Under the pieces are notes generated by a model. It was not told the DNA's origin. It worked only from the letters and a program-made list of their open reading frames with translations, and ran no database searches. From Hydrurus foetidus (Eukaryota), in contig UYFQ01000005.1 of NCBI GenBank assembly GCA_900617105.1, positions 186,001 through 250,000 on the forward strand: DNA of 64,000 bases, in the 5' to 3' direction. The position numbers and the translations under genes were made by a program. Every line of letters starts with the position of its first letter. Position 1 is the first letter of the stretch. Of the stretch, positions 26,629 to 38,026 are shown one piece after another.

Positions 26629-27540
26629 TTGGTGCGTTTGACTTCCCTTACCGGCCTGTTGCGGCCCAGCCTGCTCGCAAGCCTTCTGGTGACGGGCTGT
26701 GCATCCACCTCGCCCCTGGCCCCGGTGGACGCCAGCACCGTACAGCCCAACGCAGATACTTTTCTGCAGCCCCTGATAGCGGGCCGCACTGCCCCGCACA
26801 TCCTGCTGCTGGGCGAGCAACACGACGCGCCACAGCACCAGCAACTTGAGCGCGATGTGGTTCGCCTGCTGTTGCGTCATGGCCGCTTGGCGGCACTGGC
26901 GCTCGAAATGGCAGAGCAAGGCAAATCCACCGCAAGCCTCAAAACCGATGCCAGCGACGCGCAAGTTCAAGCCGCCCTGGGTTGGAACGAAGCCGGTTGG
27001 CCGTGGGCAGCCTACGGCCCCGCCATCATGCTGGCCGTGCGTGAGGGTGTACCCGTGCTGGGGGCCAATTTGCCCCGCAACCAGCAACGCGACGCTATGA
27101 AAAATGCAGCACTCGACGCACGCCTTACCATCGCCAGCTTGCAAAAACAGCAAGATTTAATTGAAGCCAGCCACTGCGGCCTGCTGGCGGCAACCCAACT
27201 GCGCCCGATGACCCGTATCCAGATCGCCCGCGACAAAGCGATGGCCGATACCCTGGTGCAAGCCCTGAAGCGCACGCCCCCATTAACACCCGAGCAGCGC
27301 AGCTCAGGCCCGCCTTTGGTGCTGCTGTTGGCGGGTAGCGGCCACGCTGACCGGGCGCTGGGTGTGCCGCAGCACCTGCCACCTCAGGTCAAAGTTGTGT
27401 CGATCCGGTTGCAGGCCATGGGCACAGGCCCCACAGACGAGGCCCAGCCTTTCGATGCCGTCTGGCCTACCGTGGCCTTAGCGCCCAAAGACTACTGCGC
27501 AGAGCTGCGTGCCTCAATGCAGGCCCAGCCCAAGCCCTAA
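26629..27540 (+). CDS. ChaN-family lipoprotein
   Basis: Lipobox VTGC, LLGEQHD, LEM, Q.ARD..MA, AGSGH; start approximate. Confidence 0.8.
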   Translation: MVRLTSLTGLLRPSLLASLLVTGCASTSPLAPVDASTVQPNADTFLQPLIAGRTAPHILLLGEQHDAPQHQQLERDVVRLLLRHGRLAALALEMAEQGKSTASLKTDASDAQVQAALGWNEAGWPWAAYGPAIMLAVREGVPVLGANLPRNQQRDAMKNAALDARLTIASLQKQQDLIEASHCGLLAATQLRPMTRIQIARDKAMADTLVQALKRTPPLTPEQRSSGPPLVLLLAGSGHADRALGVPQHLPPQVKVVSIRLQAMGTGPTDEAQPFDAVWPTVALAPKDYCAELRASMQAQPKP

Positions 27541-28581
27541 CACCGCCGTCAGCACCACGACGGCGATAAAAACGGTCTCACCCAGCAGCATCGCCACCGG
27601 CTGCCAACCGAGCTTGAGCAGCTCTTCAAACGAGGTTTTGACACCTGCTGCGGCAATCGCTGTCACCAGCATCCAGCGCGAGGTGTCACCTGCCAGTTGA
27701 ATAATTTTGGGGCTGAACACCCCCACGCTGGCCAGCAGCACCAGCACGATGAACGCGAGCAAAAAGCCCGGTACCAGCGGCACGGCATCACGGGTGGTTT
27801 TGCTGTCGGCGTTCACGTCAAACTGCGCCTCGGGGTCGGTGTTGGCATGGTTGCGGTAGAGCATGGAAATCACGATCACCACCGGCATCAGCAGCATCAC
27901 GCGGAACAGCTTGACCACCGTGGCGGTGTCACCCGCCTCTGGCCCCAGCATCATCCCTGCCGCCACCACCTGTGCCACATCGTGGATGGTGCCACCCAAA
28001 AAGATGCCCGATTGTTCCGGCGTGGCCCCGATCACCTTGAGCACAAAGGGATAAAGCACCATCGCCACGGTGGAAAGCACCGTCACGCCCACCACGGTGA
28101 GCAGCGTGAAGCGCTCGTTTTCTTTGGTTTGCGGCAGCACCGATGCCACCGCCAGCGCCGCTGAAGCACCGCAAATCGCTACCGCTCCGCCTGACAACAG
28201 CCCTTCGTCACGCGGACGCTTGAAGCCGCGTGCCAACAAGGTGCCCACCACAATCGTGCAGCCTGTGGCGCACACGATCAGCAAAGCGGAGCCCAAACCC
28301 AGCTTCGCCACCTGCGACAGCGTGATGCGTGCGCCCAGCAAGGCCACGCCAAAGCGCAGCACTGTGCGGCCACAAAAGCCAATGCCGGGGCCGACTTGCG
28401 GGTTGTTCATCAAAAAATGAAACGCCAGCCCCATCAGCAAAGCATAGAGCAGCTGGGGACCACCGTAATGTTCAGAAACAAAGGTGGCCGCCAGCGCGAT
28501 GACGAGGCACACCAGCGTGCCAGGCAGGTTTTTGGCGACGAACGCCCGCCAGCGTTGCAGAGTGGATGTCACGGCCAGCAT
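27514..28581 (-). CDS. YeiH/putative sulfate exporter family (SuyZ/TauZ-like)
   Basis: LRFGVALLG, AICGASAA, GGTIHDVAQVV, VKLFRV; last gene of the suy operon. Confidence 0.85.
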   Translation of the reverse strand: MLAVTSTLQRWRAFVAKNLPGTLVCLVIALAATFVSEHYGGPQLLYALLMGLAFHFLMNNPQVGPGIGFCGRTVLRFGVALLGARITLSQVAKLGLGSALLIVCATGCTIVVGTLLARGFKRPRDEGLLSGGAVAICGASAALAVASVLPQTKENERFTLLTVVGVTVLSTVAMVLYPFVLKVIGATPEQSGIFLGGTIHDVAQVVAAGMMLGPEAGDTATVVKLFRVMLLMPVVIVISMLYRNHANTDPEAQFDVNADSKTTRDAVPLVPGFLLAFIVLVLLASVGVFSPKIIQLAGDTSRWMLVTAIAAAGVKTSFEELLKLGWQPVAMLLGETVFIAVVVLTAVLGLGLGLH

Positions 28582-28598
28582 TCGGTATCAGTTCACGG

Positions 28599-29606
28599 TC
28601 AAGCGGGGTTGGCGAGTGCTAGCAGCGGGGTCAAGGTGGCAGGGGGCAATTCCACGCCCTCGGCTTTGGCCTTGAGCGCCAGTGTGTTACGGCGGTAGCC
28701 AGGGATGCGCACGCCGTCGTCTGCGAGCATGGCGGCGATCAAGGCTTCCACACGCTCTTCGTAGACCGCCGTGCCACCCAGTGCTGAGGGGTCAATCACG
28801 ATGAAGGCTTGACCGATGCGGGGCACATTGCCCTCGTCCTCAAAGAAGGTATCGACCTCCAGACCAAAACGGGCGCCCGTGAGCGATGTCACCATCAACT
28901 CGATCATCAGGGCCAGCATCGCACCTTTGGAGCCCCCTGTAGAACCGAAAGGCAGCATCGAGCCTTCCATGCCCGCCTTGGGGTCGGTGGTGGGCTGGCC
29001 GTCTTTGTCGAGCGCCCATCCCAGGGGGATGGATTCGCCCTTTTTGGCGGCCATCATCAGCTTGCCACGCGCCACTTCCGAGAGTGACATGTCAATCATC
29101 ACCGGCTCATCGTTCGCGCGAGGGAAAGCGGCGGCCAGCGGGTTGGTGCCAAAAATCGCCCGCTTGCCACCTGCGGCGGGCATGGCAGCGGGGGAATTCC
29201 CCATGGCGATGCCCACCAAACCAGCTTGGGCCACCGCTTCGAGGTGGTAAGCCGCCACGCCGAAATGGTGGCTGTTGGTGACAGCGGCGATGGCGATGCC
29301 CGTCACTTTGGCCGCAGCAATGGCTTCTTGAATCGCCAAGGCACAGGCCGGGAAGGCAAAGCCCTCACCCGCGTCCACCAAAATGGCGCTGGGCTTTTGT
29401 ACCGCGATTTTGGGAACGGCCTGACCGTTGACACGGCCCGTGCGCAAGTGGCCGGTGTACATGGGGATGCGCGATACGCCGTGCGAGGCCAATCCTTGGG
29501 CATCGGCCGCTACCAATGCAGTAGCAGTGCAGTCGGCCTGCATGGGGGAAGCGCCTGCGTTTTGCAAGGCACGGCTGGCGAGGGCATGGATTTCTTGGAG
29601 GTTCAT
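28599..29606 (-). CDS. comC: Ldh_2 family oxidoreductase, likely (R)-sulfolactate dehydrogenase
   Basis: GLASHG, NSHHFG, FGTNP, SKG; sulfolactate context. Confidence 0.7.
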   Translation of the reverse strand: MNLQEIHALASRALQNAGASPMQADCTATALVAADAQGLASHGVSRIPMYTGHLRTGRVNGQAVPKIAVQKPSAILVDAGEGFAFPACALAIQEAIAAAKVTGIAIAAVTNSHHFGVAAYHLEAVAQAGLVGIAMGNSPAAMPAAGGKRAIFGTNPLAAAFPRANDEPVMIDMSLSEVARGKLMMAAKKGESIPLGWALDKDGQPTTDPKAGMEGSMLPFGSTGGSKGAMLALMIELMVTSLTGARFGLEVDTFFEDEGNVPRIGQAFIVIDPSALGGTAVYEERVEALIAAMLADDGVRIPGYRRNTLALKAKAEGVELPPATLTPLLALANPA

Positions 29607-29674
29607 AACGGGTATTTGCGCAAAGTCTGTCAGTAATGTGTGAAAACCGGGTGGTACAGGGTTGCAGGGGTGTA

Positions 29675-30601
29675 TCAGCCCAAAGCCTTGGCGACTTCAG
29701 CCGCGATCATGCTGGAAACGCGCTCGTTGGACTCGGTCGTCACACCGGCCACATGCGGCGTCAGCACGACGTTGGGGCAATTCTCCCAAGGGCTGCCGGC
29801 CTTGAGCGGTTCAGGCTCAAACACATCAAACGCCGCACCGCCCAAATGCCCGGCACGTAAGGCATCGGCAATCGCCGCTTCGTCGGCAATATGGCCGCGA
29901 GCCGAATTGATGAGGATGGCACCGGCCTTCATCTGTGCCACGCGCTCTTTAGAGAGCAGGTTGCGGGTCTCAGGCGTGAGCGGCACATGCAGGCTGACCA
30001 CATCCGACTGCGCCAGCAAGGTGTCCAGCGTAGCGGGTGTGACACCGGTTTGTGCCCACACCGGCGCATCAGCGGCCAGCATCGGGTCATAGGCCACGAC
30101 GGTCATGCCCAGGCCTTGGGCCAAGCCTGCGGTCAAGCGGCCAATGCCACCAAAGCCAATCAAACCCAAGGTTTTACCAGCGATTTCACGGCCATTCGAG
30201 AGGCGAGCACGTGGCCATTTGCCACCTGCCACGGCAGCGCTGTCTTGGTACACGCCACGCAACAGCAGCATGGCGGTGCCGATGACGTATTCCGCCACGG
30301 CCAACGCGTTTGCACCCGTGGCAGGGATCACCTTCATGCCACGCGCTTCGCAGGCGGCTACGTCGATATTGTCCAGCCCCACGCCCAAGCGGCCAATCAC
30401 TGTGGCTTGTTGGCACGCCGCCAACAGCTCGCCACGCACCTGGGTGCGGTTGCGCACGATGACGGCATCGGCATCCGCCACCTCGCGCAGCAGGCGTGCT
30501 GTGTCGTCCACCAGTGCTGGCTCGTAAACCACGGTGTAGTGGGCTTGGAGTGACTCGACAGCTGAGGTATCCATGAATTCGGTGATGACAATTTTTTTCA
30601 T
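29675..30601 (-). CDS. slcC: D-2-hydroxyacid dehydrogenase, likely (S)-sulfolactate dehydrogenase
   Basis: ITEFMD, VRNRTQV, GRLGVGLDNID, GFGGIG, TPHVAG; context. Confidence 0.7.
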   Translation of the reverse strand: MKKIVITEFMDTSAVESLQAHYTVVYEPALVDDTARLLREVADADAVIVRNRTQVRGELLAACQQATVIGRLGVGLDNIDVAACEARGMKVIPATGANALAVAEYVIGTAMLLLRGVYQDSAAVAGGKWPRARLSNGREIAGKTLGLIGFGGIGRLTAGLAQGLGMTVVAYDPMLAADAPVWAQTGVTPATLDTLLAQSDVVSLHVPLTPETRNLLSKERVAQMKAGAILINSARGHIADEAAIADALRAGHLGGAAFDVFEPEPLKAGSPWENCPNVVLTPHVAGVTTESNERVSSMIAAEVAKALG

Positions 30602-30659
30602 AACAGGAGCTGTTGGTTTGTTGATTTTTGAAAGATTGAAGATATATACAGTGAGCGAA

Positions 30660-31655
30660 TTACTCCGCCTTGATACGCCGTACTTTGATGATCTCACGCC
30701 AACGTGCAATGTCTTTTTGCACAAGGGATGCAAACTCAGCTGGCCCCAAACCTGTGACACTGAAGCCTAAGGCGTTGATACGCGACGCCACATCAGCCGT
30801 CCTGACAATGCGCAACGCCTCCAGCGCGATCCGGTCGATGATGGCTTTGGGGGTTCCTGCAGGCACCATCAGACCCGTCCAGTTTTCAAGTTCCATGTCG
30901 GCCATACCCTGCTCGGAGAAGGTAGGTACATCGGGCAACAGGGCGTGGCGCTTCACCGAGGTGATGGCCAAGGCCCGCAGCTTGCCGGATTTGATGAAGG
31001 CTACCGACTCGGGTAAGTTCGACACCACAAAGTCAATCTGACCACCCATCAAATCGTTCATGGACGGTGCACCGCCTTTGTAGGGAATATGGGTCACGTC
31101 CAACTTGGCATTGCCCGCCAGCAATTCCAGGCCCAAATGAGGCGGCGTACCGTTGCCAGACGACCCAGCACTCAGCGGTTGGGTTTTGGCCCGCTCCAAG
31201 AACTCCTTCAAGGTTTTAGCCGGATTGTTGACGCTAACCACCAACACCAGGGGACTGCTGGCCAGCTGCACAACGGGCACCAGGTTTTTATCAAGGCTGT
31301 AGGGGAGCGCACTGAACAAGGACTGGTTCACGGCGTGCGACAGCGTCACGGCCAACCAGGTGTAGCCATCTGGCGGCGACTTGGCCACCAAATCAGCGCC
31401 CAAGTTCGCACTGCCACCAGGTTTGTTGTCCACGATAACCGGTTGCTTCAACGATTCAGTGAGTTTTTGCCCCACCAAACGGGCCATTACATCGGTCAAT
31501 CCCCCGGCAGCGAAGGGCACGACGTAGCGGACAGAACGAGAAGGGTAATCACTGAAGGCAGCGTTCACGCCAGGGGACTGCGCCCAAGCAGGCAGCAAAA
31601 CGCCTGAACCTAACGTAGCCAGGGCGGCAGAAAAAGTACGGCGGGTAGCGGTCAT
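30660..31655 (-). CDS. Bug/TctC tripartite tricarboxylate transporter substrate-binding protein
   Basis: VPFAAGGLTD..AR, HIPYKGGAP, PDVPT. Confidence 0.9.
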   Translation of the reverse strand: MTATRRTFSAALATLGSGVLLPAWAQSPGVNAAFSDYPSRSVRYVVPFAAGGLTDVMARLVGQKLTESLKQPVIVDNKPGGSANLGADLVAKSPPDGYTWLAVTLSHAVNQSLFSALPYSLDKNLVPVVQLASSPLVLVVSVNNPAKTLKEFLERAKTQPLSAGSSGNGTPPHLGLELLAGNAKLDVTHIPYKGGAPSMNDLMGGQIDFVVSNLPESVAFIKSGKLRALAITSVKRHALLPDVPTFSEQGMADMELENWTGLMVPAGTPKAIIDRIALEALRIVRTADVASRINALGFSVTGLGPAEFASLVQKDIARWREIIKVRRIKAE

Positions 31656-31782
31656 CAGGGGAAGCTCCTGGGAATGGCGTGCGAGCAGAACATGAACCCA
31701 CAGCCCATGCGCGCCACCGCCAGCGTTAAAAAACGCCGCCGCACACAGCGTGTACAACGGCAGACACCTTTAACCGAAAGGT

Positions 31783-32958
31783 TTAAGCGCTTTCAAACAA
31801 GCGCGTCATCACGAACTCACGGTGACCCAACGCCTCGGCTGCGGTGAAGCGGCCATTGATGGTCGCCATCATCACATCCAGCAGTTGGTCGCCGGTTTCG
31901 TCCATGGTGCGCTCGCGCTGGAGCAGACCAGAGCAATCCACATCGATGTGCTCGCTCATGGTGCGCACGGTGCGGGGGTTGGCGCAAACTTTGATCACGG
32001 GAACAATCGCGTTGCCAATCACGTTGCCTTGGCCTGTGGGGAAGAAATGCACCACAAAACCTGCCGCAGCGCACAAAGTCACCATCTCGGCAGCGGCCGA
32101 GGACGAGTCCATGAACCACAGGCCAGGATGACTCGGCATTTCAGCTTTGTCCAACACGCCGTCAACCGTGCATTTTTTGCCGATCTTCTGGATGTTGCCC
32201 AGTGCTTTTTCTTCGATGGTGGTCAAGCCGCCAGCAATATTGCCCTTGGTGGGCTGCGAATCAGACAAGTCGGTCGTCTTATTGCGCTCGATCATGGCCT
32301 GGTAGCGGTTGAACATGGCCATGAACTCGTCACGAACCTTGTCGGTTGCGCAACGCGCAGCGACGATCTTCTCGCCACCGGTGATCTCGGAAGTCTCACC
32401 GAACACCAGCGTCGTACCCAGACCGTGCAGTGTGTCAAAGGCATTGCCGCAGGTGGGGTTGGCACCGCAACCGGAGGTGGTGTCGGATTCGCCGCACTTG
32501 GTGGAAACCCACAGCTCAGAGATAGGGCACTCAACGCGGTGCTGCGAAGTCGCATGCTGAACGTACTGCTTGGCAACCTTGGACGCCTTCATGATGGTCT
32601 CATGGTCACCGTGGCCTTCAATGCCAAATCCCACTACCGGCTTGCCCGTTTTAGCGATGCCTTCAACGACTTTTTGTGTCCAAGCGTCTTCAATGCCGAT
32701 CACGATCACGGCTGACACGTTGGGGTTGCTGCCCGCACCAATCAAGGTTGCAAAGTGCAGATCCAGGTCGGCACCGAATTGCAAACGGCCATAGGGGTGC
32801 GGAATCGCCATCGTGCCTTTGATGTTGTGGGCAACGGCTTCGGCAGACGCGTTCGACAAATCGTCCAACGGCAAAATGATCACGTGGTTGCGCACGCCCA
32901 CACGGCCGTTTTCGCGGCGATAGCCCCAGAAGGTGGAGTCTTTGGTCAGAAATGACAT
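31783..32958 (-). CDS. suyB: (R)-sulfolactate sulfo-lyase beta subunit (UxaA family)
   Basis: [38 protein letters not shown]. Confidence 0.88.
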   Translation of the reverse strand: MSFLTKDSTFWGYRRENGRVGVRNHVIILPLDDLSNASAEAVAHNIKGTMAIPHPYGRLQFGADLDLHFATLIGAGSNPNVSAVIVIGIEDAWTQKVVEGIAKTGKPVVGFGIEGHGDHETIMKASKVAKQYVQHATSQHRVECPISELWVSTKCGESDTTSGCGANPTCGNAFDTLHGLGTTLVFGETSEITGGEKIVAARCATDKVRDEFMAMFNRYQAMIERNKTTDLSDSQPTKGNIAGGLTTIEEKALGNIQKIGKKCTVDGVLDKAEMPSHPGLWFMDSSSAAAEMVTLCAAAGFVVHFFPTGQGNVIGNAIVPVIKVCANPRTVRTMSEHIDVDCSGLLQRERTMDETGDQLLDVMMATINGRFTAAEALGHREFVMTRLFESA

Positions 32959-32972
32959 GGGATGTTCCTTGC

Positions 32973-33254
32973 TTACCAGCGTTTGGTTTTGATGTTGTGG
33001 ACATGGGCGTGCTCGCCCACCTTGATGGCGGCAACCACCTTGCCGATGTCAACGCCGTATTTGATAACGGTGTCGCCAACAGCCAAGGCCTTCATGGCCA
33101 CTTTGTGGCCCAAAGGAATATCAGCCGCGCACGGAATTTGAATCGTGCGGTTTTCATCAAGAATCAGCGCAGTGAGCTGTTGACCAGCTTTAACGCCTTC
33201 TGTGACCACAACAGCGACGCTGTCATTAGGGTCATGCAATACACAATGGATCAT
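32973..33254 (-). CDS. suyA: (R)-sulfolactate sulfo-lyase alpha subunit (SAF domain)
   Basis: [26 protein letters not shown]. Confidence 0.88.
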   Translation of the reverse strand: MIHCVLHDPNDSVAVVVTEGVKAGQQLTALILDENRTIQIPCAADIPLGHKVAMKALAVGDTVIKYGVDIGKVVAAIKVGEHAHVHNIKTKRW

Positions 33255-33291
33255 GAGGTCTCCTGGGTTGCTAGGTTGAAATTCAACTATA

Positions 33292-33303
33292 TCATCTATA
33301 TGA
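33292..33303. promoter_or_regulatory. Possible GntR/HutC-type operator upstream of suyA
   Basis: Near-palindrome TCATCTATATGA. Confidence 0.4.
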
Positions 33304-33306
33304 ATT

Positions 33307-33561
33307 TCAAACAAGCATTTGATGAGACTCACCCTGTATGTTTTGCCCCACCAAGCGAGATACGTAATCAGCATCCTGCGTATCCACAATAGATACGCGC
33401 AACTCGGCGGGTTTTTGGGCGATGCGTTCAATCCGCAGAACAGGGCGTCCCGGCGTCAACCCGAGCAAAGCCGCACTTTCTTTGGTTGCCGCCACTGCTT
33501 GCACGCGCTCTTCTGCCCCCACCACGGTCACGCCGAAAGCCGACTGGTACAGCTCGTAAAT
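33307..33561 (-). pseudogene. 3' remnant of a GntR/UTRA regulator
   Basis: IYELYQSAFGVTVVGAEERV..PAELRVSIVDT..DYVSRLVGQ parallels the C-term of 42819-43529; no HTH. Confidence 0.85.
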
Positions 33562-34563
33562 TCAGGGAACCAAGATCACCTTGGCCGAAGCCGCTTTGCC
33601 CTGATCTAAATCCTGAAACGCCTGCGCACCTTGACTCATTGGGCGGACATCCACCCAAGCCAAATCACCAAATGCACCGCGGTGGATGGCTGCAACGGTG
33701 GCACGCAGGTCGGCCGTGGTGTAGGTGTAGGTGCCCAGCAATGTGATTTCCGCCAGCGTCAAGCGGCGCATATCAATTTCGCTGGCCCAGTCTTGCAAGC
33801 CAACATGCATGACGACACCACCTGCTTTGACCGAGGCTATGGCAGTGACGCGTGTGATTTTTGAGCCCACAGCGTCCATCACATAGTCATAACTGTTTTC
33901 GTCTGGACTGCTGTCTTTGGGGTTGTAGGTCTTGACCTTGGCATGCTGCTCTAGCTGTTCGCGGCGCAAGGGATTGACTTCGGCCACCGTCAAATCTTGG
34001 CAACCATAGTTCTTGAGGAGCAAAGCCGCGAGCATGCCAATCGCGCCGCCGCCCAAAATGAGGACGCGGCACTCTTGAACAGGGCGAACCAAAACACGCA
34101 TGGATAAGTTGATCGCATGCAGAGCAGTTGCTGCGGGTTCGGTCACAGCAGCGTGAATCGGAGACATGTCTTGCGGCATATCGATCAACGATGCAGCGGG
34201 GATAGACATTTGCTCGGCAAACGCGCCAGGCCGCGTCATACCCACCATGGTGCGGTTAGAACACAAATTGTTACGCCCTTGAACACAAAAATCACAGATC
34301 CCGCAGGTAATCAATGGGTTACCCGTCACCCGTGTGCCCTTGGCGTAGAAAGGCGATGAGCTCTCGAGTACGGTGCCGCAAAATTCATGGCCCAGCACGA
34401 GTCCCGGCTTGCGCCTTGGGTCGTGTCCATGGTAGGCGTGCATGTCGGAACCGCAGATGCCGACCGCTTCAATTTTGAGGATTACTTCACCTTTTTCGAG
34501 CAGTGGATCGGGACGATCGAGTAACTGCACTTCGTTAGGTTGGGTGTAGACCAAGGCTTTCAT
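33562..34563 (-). CDS. hpsP: Zn-dependent dehydrogenase, DHPS 2-dehydrogenase type
   Basis: GICGSD, GHE, CxxCxxC, GGGAIG; in hpsN-hpsO operon. Confidence 0.75.
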   Translation of the reverse strand: MKALVYTQPNEVQLLDRPDPLLEKGEVILKIEAVGICGSDMHAYHGHDPRRKPGLVLGHEFCGTVLESSSPFYAKGTRVTGNPLITCGICDFCVQGRNNLCSNRTMVGMTRPGAFAEQMSIPAASLIDMPQDMSPIHAAVTEPAATALHAINLSMRVLVRPVQECRVLILGGGAIGMLAALLLKNYGCQDLTVAEVNPLRREQLEQHAKVKTYNPKDSSPDENSYDYVMDAVGSKITRVTAIASVKAGGVVMHVGLQDWASEIDMRRLTLAEITLLGTYTYTTADLRATVAAIHRGAFGDLAWVDVRPMSQGAQAFQDLDQGKAASAKVILVP

Positions 34564-34630
34564 GATGAGGTTTCCTTGTTTAATTTCTCGTATGGCTCTG
34601 CGCTGTGCCCAAGCTGAAGGGTGGTTGACA

Positions 34631-35830
34631 TTACGCTGCCGAATGTTGGGTGCGACAGGTCTTCATATAACCAGCCATGAAGGCGACCAATACCTCCGCT
34701 TGATGCACGCTGACACCGTTGTACAAACTGGCTCTCAAGTACTTCCCAACCCCAAATGGGGTCAGCGTTCTTAAGCCGACGATTCCCCGCTCCCAGCCTT
34801 GGACCAAAAAGTCTCGAGTGGTTTCCTCGTCGCCACCGGCGACATCAAAGGGGATGTTCATGCGGCTGCGGATGGAGGGATCTGCGATAGGGGTGGAATA
34901 AAACCCCTCCGATCTGTCGATCAAGTCGTACAGCATGGCCGACTTTGCAATAGCCCGGCGTTCCATTTCATGCACGCCACCTTGCGCGATCATCCATTGC
35001 ATATAGATGTTGACCACCTCGACGTTGAAGGTGGCAATGGTGTTCCACAAATTGCCTTCTCGGACATTGGTGGTATAGCAAAGCACGCCCGGGCAGTACT
35101 TGCTGGGTGTGCCCAGTAAGTCCTTTCGAATCACGCACAGCGTCAACCCGGGGTGACCAATGTTCTTGGACGCGCAGGCATACAAAATGCCCACGTTGCA
35201 GCCCACCCAGTCAATGGGCTTGGTGGAAAAGTCTGACGATGCGTCAATCACCAGGGGGGCTTTGATGCCCAGCTTGGGAAGCTGATGCAACTCAATCCCG
35301 TTCACTGTTTCATTCGAGCAAAGATACACGTACTTGGATTCGGGATCCAAATGCTCAAAAGATGGGTTGTGGGTAAACGTGCCATCTTTGTTCTCGGAGG
35401 AAACAACGATAGGGTGGCAGTATTTTGAGGCCTCGGACAAGGCGCGTTTCGACCAGGTGCCATTAACCAGGTAGGTCGCTTTTTCATCCCCATTAGGGCA
35501 AAGGTTCAGCGGAACCGCAGCAAACTGCCCGTGCCCACCGCCGTGCATGAAAAGAATTTCATACTGTTCAGGAATGTCCATCGCCATGCGGCAATGTTGC
35601 ACCGTATTGGCAAGAATATCCAAAAATTCAGGAGACCGATGAGAGAGGTACATCGAGCACATGCGCTGCGCGTCGAACAAGGCCTTGATGCTTGTCTGTA
35701 CTTCAGCTGCAAGTGATGTAGGCCCAGGGCTAAAATTCAGCGGCGGCACACCGCTCGGCGGAAGCAACGATCCAAGCATGGCCGGATGAGTGTCGGCTGG
35801 TTTCAATGAGGCTTGGTTAAAGCTGGTCAT
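34631..35830 (-). CDS. Divergent SerC-like class V PLP aminotransferase
   Basis: NFSPGP, SHR, GGGHGQF, NETVNG, ASKNIG, RASLYN. Confidence 0.85.
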   Translation of the reverse strand: MTSFNQASLKPADTHPAMLGSLLPPSGVPPLNFSPGPTSLAAEVQTSIKALFDAQRMCSMYLSHRSPEFLDILANTVQHCRMAMDIPEQYEILFMHGGGHGQFAAVPLNLCPNGDEKATYLVNGTWSKRALSEASKYCHPIVVSSENKDGTFTHNPSFEHLDPESKYVYLCSNETVNGIELHQLPKLGIKAPLVIDASSDFSTKPIDWVGCNVGILYACASKNIGHPGLTLCVIRKDLLGTPSKYCPGVLCYTTNVREGNLWNTIATFNVEVVNIYMQWMIAQGGVHEMERRAIAKSAMLYDLIDRSEGFYSTPIADPSIRSRMNIPFDVAGGDEETTRDFLVQGWERGIVGLRTLTPFGVGKYLRASLYNGVSVHQAEVLVAFMAGYMKTCRTQHSAA

Positions 35831-35866
35831 TTGATGTGTCCTTGTTTCTTTTACTTTTATGGCTGC

Positions 35867-36631
35867 TTACTTTGCGGTAAAGCCACCATCAATCATGATG
35901 GTCTGTCCCGTGATGTAACTGGATGCATCGCTAGCCAAAAATACCGTTAAACCGTAAAGATCGGTCAGCTCGCCGTTTCGGCCAATACAGGTTTGATCCG
36001 CATTTTTTTGCGCAGCCTCAGCATTGCCAAAAACAGGCGCAGTTAGCGCAGTGGGGAAAAAGCCTGGCCCGACGGCATTACAGGTAATGCCTTTGCTAGA
36101 CCATTCTTGCGCGATTGCTTTGGTCAACTGAACCACGCCGCCTTTGCCTGCACCGTAAGGTGCGCTGTTTCCAAAGGCGCGGTAACTTTGCAGGCTAGCG
36201 ATATTGATGACGCGTCCCCAGCCTCGCTTAGCCATTGCGGGAGCTAATGCCTGCGTCAAGAAGAACGGCGCACTGAGGTGCAAGTTAATTTGAGTCTGCC
36301 AGCTCTCCGGTGTGACTTGCGCAAAGGGTTCGCGCAGGTTCACACCTGCAGCGTTGACCAGAACATCAACGGGGCCAAGTGCCAGTGCGGCTGCCACACC
36401 CGCTTGCGCAGCTTCGATATTTGCCAGATCGCAAGACAGGCACTGCACGGCAATGCCCTCGGCACGCAGCTTAGCGGCGGCCTGTTCCAGCGCGTCCAGG
36501 CGGCGCGCCATCAGCATCACCTTGGCCCCAGCTAGGCCCAAGGCCATGGCCATGGCTTCGCCGATGCCGGAATTCCCCCCGGTCACCAGTGCCGTCTTGC
36601 CACCGAGACTGAACAATTTGTCGAGCTTCAT
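35867..36631 (-). CDS. hpsO: SDR, DHPS 2-dehydrogenase type
   Basis: [17 protein letters not shown]; directly after hpsN. Confidence 0.75.
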   Translation of the reverse strand: MKLDKLFSLGGKTALVTGGNSGIGEAMAMALGLAGAKVMLMARRLDALEQAAAKLRAEGIAVQCLSCDLANIEAAQAGVAAALALGPVDVLVNAAGVNLREPFAQVTPESWQTQINLHLSAPFFLTQALAPAMAKRGWGRVINIASLQSYRAFGNSAPYGAGKGGVVQLTKAIAQEWSSKGITCNAVGPGFFPTALTAPVFGNAEAAQKNADQTCIGRNGELTDLYGLTVFLASDASSYITGQTIMIDGGFTAK

Positions 36632-36636
36632 CCTGC

Positions 36637-37953
<1,317 letters not shown>

Positions 37954-38026
37954 TTACTCCAAAATTAATAGCAAAGATTAGCCCCCACCGTGCCGAAACA
38001 CGGTGTTTGGCATCGAATTTGTGTGC

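Noticed and set aside
31783..33254. Altronate/galactarate dehydratase (uxaA/garD)
   Set aside because: Split SAF and catalytic subunits with HPYGRLQFG next to slcC/comC fit SuyAB better
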